Shown: positions 19,035 through 24,000 of the stretch, one piece after another | Position numbering within the stretch: position 1 is the first letter of the stretch | Layout: each line of letters starts with the position of its first letter | NCBI GenBank assembly: GCA_013041925.1 | Contig: JABDRB010000001.1 | Span: 47,750-71,749 of the forward strand | Reading direction: 5' to 3' | Length of the DNA: 24,000 nucleotides | From: Akkermansiaceae bacterium | GTDB taxonomy: Bacteria > Verrucomicrobiota > Verrucomicrobiia > Verrucomicrobiales > Akkermansiaceae | Notes under the pieces: generated by a model | Seen by the model: only the letters and a program-made list of their open reading frames with translations | Databases searched by the model: none | What the model was told of the DNA's origin: nothing | Program-made: the position numbers and the translations under genes

Positions 19035-19290
19035 AGCTGTGAACAAGGGGCTGGATACTGTGGATAACCTGTGGGGACCCTGTGTCATCATCCTTTAGTT
19101 TTCCGTAGTATCGCCTTCTATGCAGATCATCCCCACGCTCATTCACATGTTACTCTTCCCGTGGAACACCTGTAACGACGGTGTGCAACAGTCATAATCC
19201 CGACTTATTGACATAAAGAAGAAGAAGAATCTTTTAGGTTTAAAAAAGAAGAAATCATCTACTCCGTGAATAACAAATACCTAGAGAGGA
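19035..19290. other. Candidate chromosomal replication origin (DnaA-box cluster plus AT-rich stretch)
   Basis: TGTGGATAA (19059..19067) is a perfect TTATCCACA box on the minus strand. TGTGAACAA (19039..19047), TTATTGACA (19205..19213) and CGTGAATAA (19265..19273) are each one mismatch from TTATNCACA in one orientation. AT-rich sequence ATAAAGAAGAAGAAGAATCTTTTAGGTTTAAAAAAGAAGAAATC lies between the last two. The region is a divergent intergenic gap. Confidence 0.4.
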
Positions 19291-19293
19291 AAT

Positions 19294-19356
19294 ATGGAAT
19301 TTGTGACTCCCTGCTTGACCATTGGTATGAGATATGGAGTCATAGTTACAACCTAA
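19294..19356 (+). CDS. Possible 20-codon leader peptide/uORF
   Basis: The strong Shine-Dalgarno-like GAGAGGA is followed by ATG: MEFVTPCLTIGMRYGVIVTT*, ending 15 nt before the ATG of the next gene. Confidence 0.3.
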   Translation: MEFVTPCLTIGMRYGVIVTT

Positions 19357-19371
19357 ACCGTATATCGAGAT

Positions 19372-19584
19372 ATGAAACACAACGACGACTTGTTACACAC
19401 CGAAAAGATTATCGCCGACCGTAAAACATTTTACTTAGACCTTAAGGAAAACGCACGTGGTAAGGTGGTTAAAATCACGGAAGAGGTATCGGGCAATCGC
19501 GATACAATAATGGTTCCGGCTGAGGTTCTCGGTGATTTTATCGATGCTCTGAATGATATTCAGGATACGGCCGAGGGTGAATAA
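19372..19584 (+). CDS. Small Pur-alpha-like (DUF3276-type) nucleic-acid-binding protein
   Basis: 70 aa. EKIIADRKTFYLDLKENARGKVVKITEEVSGNRDTIMVPAEVLGDFIDALNDI resembles the bacterial PUR-domain pattern (FYFDLKEN.RG..L.I.E...G.R..I.VP...W..F...L). Confidence 0.7.
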   Translation: MKHNDDLLHTEKIIADRKTFYLDLKENARGKVVKITEEVSGNRDTIMVPAEVLGDFIDALNDIQDTAEGE

Positions 19585-19635
19585 GTTGCGGATGTTTAAA
19601 GCATCCACGTAGAAAAAAGATGTTCCACCACGGGA

Positions 19636-20052
19636 TTACACCGCGGGATCGCCCCAGCGGGTCTTCCAATCATCGGGCAAGCGTTTTGGCTTTCCTTGTG
19701 GCATCTGAACAAGCGCGAGGGATTGGCGGCATGTGACAAGCCGTTTTTGATCTTCCTTGCGGGTCATGACAAAGGCGCACCAGAAGCGTGCACGTTCGAG
19801 TTTTTCCAAGGTTCCGTGGATCACGAGTTGATTGCCAAGTTGTGCGGGGAATCGATAATCGATCTCGGTTCTTAAAACGACAGGAAAGATTTTGCTATTT
19901 CCCATTTCCTGTAAGTTGAGGCCCATTTTGGCAGCGAGGTGTGTGCGACAGGTTTCGATCATGCGCAGGTATGCGAGGTTGTGCACCACACCACCACAGT
20001 CGGTATCAAAAAACATCACCTCTTCGTAGCTCGTAAATTCGGGTTTCTGCAT
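19636..20052 (-). CDS. Acyl-CoA thioesterase (YbgC / 4-hydroxybenzoyl-CoA thioesterase-like hotdog protein)
   Basis: 138 aa. MFFDTDCGGVVHNLAYLRMIETCRTHLAAKMG matches the D-x-D-x-x-G-x-V-H/Y-x-x-x-Y-x-x-x-x-E hotdog active-site pattern. Confidence 0.85.
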   Translation of the reverse strand: MQKPEFTSYEEVMFFDTDCGGVVHNLAYLRMIETCRTHLAAKMGLNLQEMGNSKIFPVVLRTEIDYRFPAQLGNQLVIHGTLEKLERARFWCAFVMTRKEDQKRLVTCRQSLALVQMPQGKPKRLPDDWKTRWGDPAV

Positions 20053-20159
20053 AAGGGGATGAAAACCCGTAAGACTAAAAATTCAAGCCTGGTTTTATGA
20101 CGCAGGGGGGAGGACTCTAGGGACCAGGGAACCTGTTATACTTTGGCTTGCCCATCGCG

Positions 20160-21242
20160 ATGGACTACGGCATGGTGCGCTTTATGCGTAGAAAGACAGC
20201 ATCCCGTTCCGTGAACACAGCACGGCTCATTTACCTCGTTATTTGTGAGCTTGCCGGTGCTGCGATTGCTAACCATGCCGTAGGTCCCGATAAAATTTGG
20301 CTTGGTATTGTGGGTGGGTTGATCATTGCAGCCTTTTTTATTCTCGTCGAATCGTTGATGAAGCAGTTTTCACTGCGTGGATTTTCCAATGCCACGGTAG
20401 GTATCCTGATCGGTGTTTTCTGTGCGTGGTTGCTATCGCGCGGTGTCGTTAACCTGCTTGAGGTCACGCTCAGCGAAAAAGTAGAGCAGATTGATGCGGT
20501 GGTGATGTCGGTGCACGTTACCCTTTATGCCAGTTTAGGTTTTCTAGGTGCTGTGCTGGCTTTGCGTAGCAGTAAAGATGACTTTTCCCTGCTGATTCCC
20601 TACCTCCGTTTTCGCAAGGAATCGACGCCTGGCCCGCCCTTATTGCTGGATAACCATGTGATCACAGACAGTCGATTGTATGGTGTGCTGAGTGCAGGCT
20701 TTATTGAAGGTAAACTGGTGGTGCCACGGTTTGTTTTGGAGGAGTTGCACATCATGGCGAACTCACCTTCATCGTCGCGCCGTGCACGTGGTCAGCGTGG
20801 CTTGGATACGCTCGAGAGGCTTCAGGGAAATGATGAGTTTCGGATTACCATTTATGATTCTGAGAGTAATCAGGGCGCCGATACACATGACGCGAGGTTG
20901 ATGTATTCATGCCGACTGCTTTCTGCGCGCTTGCTGACCACCGATGAAAATCTAACGAAGGCCGCACGCCTCCAAGGGGTGACCGTGCTTAATATCAACG
21001 ATTTAAATCAGGCGTTGAAGCCAAAAATTGCGGTCGGCGAGCGGATCAGATTGCCGCTAGTTCGGGCGGGTCGTGACGAGCACCAAGCGGTGGGTTATCT
21101 GCCTGATGGGTCGATGATTGTGGTTAACAACGCGGTGCGTAAGATCAATACCACTCAGGACGTTATCGTCATCAGCACGCTCGAAACAGAGGGCGGAACG
21201 ATGGTGTTTTCTGAGCTATTCGAACGTGAAGAACCATCCTAA
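20160..21242 (+). CDS. PIN/TRAM-domain integral membrane protein (YacL-like)
   Basis: Four hydrophobic N-terminal segments, then a PIN domain (LLLDNHVITDSRLYGVLSAGFIEGKLVVPRFVLEELHIMA...TTDENLTKAARLQGVTVLNINDL) and a C-terminal TRAM-like segment. The track ORF begins at a TTG at 20148; the ATG at 20160 or a later Met is more likely. Confidence 0.88.
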   Translation: MDYGMVRFMRRKTASRSVNTARLIYLVICELAGAAIANHAVGPDKIWLGIVGGLIIAAFFILVESLMKQFSLRGFSNATVGILIGVFCAWLLSRGVVNLLEVTLSEKVEQIDAVVMSVHVTLYASLGFLGAVLALRSSKDDFSLLIPYLRFRKESTPGPPLLLDNHVITDSRLYGVLSAGFIEGKLVVPRFVLEELHIMANSPSSSRRARGQRGLDTLERLQGNDEFRITIYDSESNQGADTHDARLMYSCRLLSARLLTTDENLTKAARLQGVTVLNINDLNQALKPKIAVGERIRLPLVRAGRDEHQAVGYLPDGSMIVVNNAVRKINTTQDVIVISTLETEGGTMVFSELFEREEPS

Positions 21243-21396
21243 TCAACACGTAGTCAACGCGGTGCCTCGTTTCGATGTAACCTGCGCAACGACGTGCTGG
21301 CATCGTTGGCTGATAAAGTGACCCTTCTGGGCTACCTCCCATTCAGCTTCTTGTGGGGCTTTGTTGAGCTGCCCCCGAGTCGCCCTTAATGGCCCC

Positions 21397-23358
21397 TTAG
21401 CCGCCTGTTTTTGGGTTTCGCTTTTTACCCGGTTTTTTATCGTCGGGTGTCGCGTTCCGCATGGGTTGGCTCGGTGCGCCACCTGCCTTTTGGCGTTGCA
21501 TTTCCTCGGCGCGTTCCGCCATACGTTCCATGAAGGATTTTTTCCCAGGTTTTCCAGGTTTGGCGGTTTTTGTGAGTTCGGGTTCGGGCAGGCGATTGGT
21601 CAACCATGTCTGGCCGATGGAGAAGATATTCTGAGTCGTCCAGTAGAGGGCGAGTGCGGAGGCGAAGTTGTAGCAGAAGAAAAAGAACATCAGCGGCATA
21701 AACATCATAATGCGCTGTTGCATTTTATCACCCGTCTTCGGGGTCATTTTCATTTGCAGAACCATGGTGACTGCCATCAGGATCGGCAGGACATTGATGG
21801 GAAGTTGATCACCTAACAAAGGAAGGGCAAAAGGAAGCTCGATGATAGAAAGGGTGTCTGGCATCGACAGATCATCCACCCAGAGAAAACTCTGTCCACG
21901 CAGCTCGACGGCGTATTGAAGCATCCGGTAGTAACCAAAGAAGATAGGGATTTGCAGGAACATCGGAAGGCATCCACCCATCGGGTTGATTTTGTAATCC
22001 TTGTAGAGCTTCATCGTTTCCTGGTTCAGCTTGTTCGGGTTGTCCTTATATTTCTCCCGAAGGTCCTTCATGATCGGCTGCAGCTTGCTCATGCGCTTCA
22101 TGGTGCGCGTGGATTTATTATGCAGTGGCCAGATACAGATACGGATGAGGATGGTCAGCGCGATGATGGAGAGGCCCCACGACCACTTATCGGCAGTTTT
22201 TGAAAAAGCACTGTCGTGTAGCCAGTTGAGCACACGGTTGAGTGTGACACTGACGGGTGAGAACCAGCCGTAGTTCATGACCTCACTGACGGGGGCCGAG
22301 CTAAAGAACCCGGCGTCTTTCGCTTTTTCTGGGTTGAAGTAGAGGTGACGCAGTTGGGTGTAGCGTTTCGGTCCGATGTAGATGGAGTAGGAGAGGGTCG
22401 TGTTCTCATTGGGGCCCAGCTTTTCGGGTGGTAGTGACATTCCCGCCCGCACGGCATATTTAGGTTTTTCAGGATCGGCTTTGGGGATGTCGACCTTGTC
22501 AGCTTTCCCCCAGATCGTCGCGGCATACTTATTTTTGGGTCGAACGAGGGTGGTGAAGAACTGGTTAGAGACGCCGGCAAATTCGAGTTCCTCGATGCTT
22601 TCTTGATAGAGCGGCTTGGCTTTGCTGAAGAAACCTTTTTTGAACCAGTTGCTGTCTTTGTTGGTGAAGCTTCCGTCGTCGAGGTAGAAAATTCCGCCTT
22701 GGTTTTCCCATTCGCGTGCGTGAAGTGGGGCGGCGGATCCTGTAAACAGCGAGTATTTACCGAGGTCTACGGTGCCTTGCCCTTGATTGTGAAAGGTGAT
22801 TTTGAGTTTGAGTCGCCAGGGTGCGCCGACCTGATCCGTGTCTTGTTCGAGGTTCCAACGTTTGGTAATCTGGAGGCCGCCGAGCTGATCGGGGTTGTTT
22901 TGGCAGTAGATGTTCCCCTCTTTTTCTACCAGACTGTAATAGAGTCCGAGAGGTTCATCGGGGCTTCTGAAGATCGCTCCGATGGGAGCAGGTGCACCTT
23001 GGTTGAGTTGGATATTTTCTGTCTGTGACCCGACGACGTGCTGGTTGAGGAGCTCGGCCAACTTGATTCCACCGCCGTGGGAGGTGAAGGTGTAGGTGAC
23101 GACGTCCTTGCCTTGTTTGTCGGTGGACGTGAGTGTCTCCGTTTTTTCGCCAATGGTTTCGATGTGAGGTTCGTTGACCAGACCAGGGTTACTGGTAGCT
23201 GGGTTGCTCTGAGCTGGGGGGGTGTCGCCATCGGCGACCTGCTCCTTCTCGGGCATGTCTGCCGACTTCGGCGTTGGCGTCGGGGTTGGTTTGAAGTGGT
23301 AGTTCAGTGCGAGAAGAATTCCGCAGACGATGAGTATGATCCAAGCTTTTCGATCCAT
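21397..23358 (-). CDS. yidC: Membrane protein insertase YidC
   Basis: 653 aa. N-terminal MDRKAWIILIVCGILLALNYHF, a periplasmic domain, and a conserved core WSWGLSIIALTILIRICIWPLHNKSTRTMKRMSKLQPIMKDLREKYKDNPNKLNQETMKLYKDYKINPMGGCLPMFLQIPIFFGYYRML. Confidence 0.97.
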   Translation of the reverse strand: MDRKAWIILIVCGILLALNYHFKPTPTPTPKSADMPEKEQVADGDTPPAQSNPATSNPGLVNEPHIETIGEKTETLTSTDKQGKDVVTYTFTSHGGGIKLAELLNQHVVGSQTENIQLNQGAPAPIGAIFRSPDEPLGLYYSLVEKEGNIYCQNNPDQLGGLQITKRWNLEQDTDQVGAPWRLKLKITFHNQGQGTVDLGKYSLFTGSAAPLHAREWENQGGIFYLDDGSFTNKDSNWFKKGFFSKAKPLYQESIEELEFAGVSNQFFTTLVRPKNKYAATIWGKADKVDIPKADPEKPKYAVRAGMSLPPEKLGPNENTTLSYSIYIGPKRYTQLRHLYFNPEKAKDAGFFSSAPVSEVMNYGWFSPVSVTLNRVLNWLHDSAFSKTADKWSWGLSIIALTILIRICIWPLHNKSTRTMKRMSKLQPIMKDLREKYKDNPNKLNQETMKLYKDYKINPMGGCLPMFLQIPIFFGYYRMLQYAVELRGQSFLWVDDLSMPDTLSIIELPFALPLLGDQLPINVLPILMAVTMVLQMKMTPKTGDKMQQRIMMFMPLMFFFFCYNFASALALYWTTQNIFSIGQTWLTNRLPEPELTKTAKPGKPGKKSFMERMAERAEEMQRQKAGGAPSQPMRNATPDDKKPGKKRNPKTGG

Positions 23359-23415
23359 GAGAAATAGTGGTGGGTTGGGTGTTGTGAGTGAAAGTGTGCC
23401 GATGGGTTCGGCAGG

Positions 23416-23703
23416 TTATGATGATTTTTTTGACGGGACGGGGTCGTCGCCGCAGCCGCCCCAGGGATGGCAGCGGAAAATGCGGCAAATGCCAAGCCAT
23501 GATCCGCGGTAGGGGCCGTGAATTTGGACGGCTTCGAGAAAGTAGTGTGAGCAGGTGGGTGTGAAGCGGCAGCCTGAGTTCGGGCCACCTATGACTTTGA
23601 GGACGGGGTTGAGAAATTTTTGGTAAATCCGGACACCGAAGTAGATCAGGTCGCTGAGGGTTTTGGCAAGGAGGTTCACGGGTTGGGGGGGATACTTAGG
23701 CAA
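23416..23703 (-). CDS. yidD: Membrane protein insertion efficiency factor YidD
   Basis: 95 aa. [64 protein letters not shown] is the characteristic YidD signature. Confidence 0.97.
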   Translation of the reverse strand: MPKYPPQPVNLLAKTLSDLIYFGVRIYQKFLNPVLKVIGGPNSGCRFTPTCSHYFLEAVQIHGPYRGSWLGICRIFRCHPWGGCGDDPVPSKKSS

Positions 23704-24000
23704 GGATGCCGAGTCGTGTGGCTTGTTTCAGCCAGTCCTTTTCGAGTTCGTCGAAGGTGGCACTGGGGGCGCGCCAGCGGAGGATGGTGACGATGTAGCG
23801 TTTCCCCTGTGTATCGTCGATGCGGTGTAGGTGCTTGGCGAGGATGGCATGAATACGGCGGCGGAGTCGATTCCGGGTCACGGCATTACCAATTTTGCGG
23901 GTTACGATGACACCAGCGTGGTGGTCGGACAGGTTGCGATCGACCAAGCTGCTGAGGACGAGGTAGGCTCCCCCTTTGGCGTCGCCCTCTTGACGTGCAC
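23696..24000 (-). CDS. rnpA: Ribonuclease P protein component (5' end beyond window)
   Basis: The minus-strand frame stays open to the right edge: ...[60 protein letters not shown]..., including the RnpA motif [12 protein letters not shown]. The stop overlaps the yidD start by 8 nt. The track reports only the internal TTG-initiated part (to 23947). Confidence 0.93.
   Translation of the reverse strand, partial: ARQEGDAKGGAYLVLSSLVDRNLSDHHAGVIVTRKIGNAVTRNRLRRRIHAILAKHLHRIDDTQGKRYIVTILRWRAPSATFDELEKDWLKQATRLGILA

Noticed and set aside
21361-21816. 151-aa plus-strand ORF
   Set aside because: Antisense to yidC; the yidC frame is strongly supported.
1-24000. A new defence, secretion or biosynthetic multi-gene system
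   Set aside because: Nearly every gene is a recognisable housekeeping family and orientations alternate; nothing supports a dedicated novel operon within this window.

Overview
The window looks like an ordinary chromosomal segment close to a replication origin. The organism is probably in the Verrucomicrobiota/PVC group; that is inferred from gene content and the PEP-CTERM tail. Well-supported genes, left to right: a very large minus-strand alpha-2-macroglobulin-like protein with a repeat-rich N-terminus (1..6357, truncated at the left edge and absent from the supplied ORF track); a PEP-CTERM exported protein (-); mnmG/gidA (-); a universal stress protein (+); hflX (+); a YkuD L,D-transpeptidase (+); carB (+); a PspA/IM30 protein (-); ribD (-); a small Pur-alpha-like (DUF3276-type) protein (+); a YbgC-like thioesterase (-); a PIN/TRAM membrane protein (+); yidC (-); yidD (-); and a partial rnpA (-). 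The most interesting non-coding signals are two parS-like ParB sites (TGTTCCACGTGGAACG), one embedded in mnmG and one just upstream of it; a divergent, partly AT-rich intergenic region at 19002..19371 with a perfect DnaA box and several imperfect ones (candidate oriC); a possible 20-codon leader ORF in that region; a degenerate thioester site in the alpha-2-macroglobulin-like protein; an 8-nt tandem repeat just downstream of pspA; and a terminator-like pair of competing hairpins downstream of the PEP-CTERM gene. I found no CRISPR array, intact mobile element, tRNA or rRNA, and no convincing new multi-gene system.
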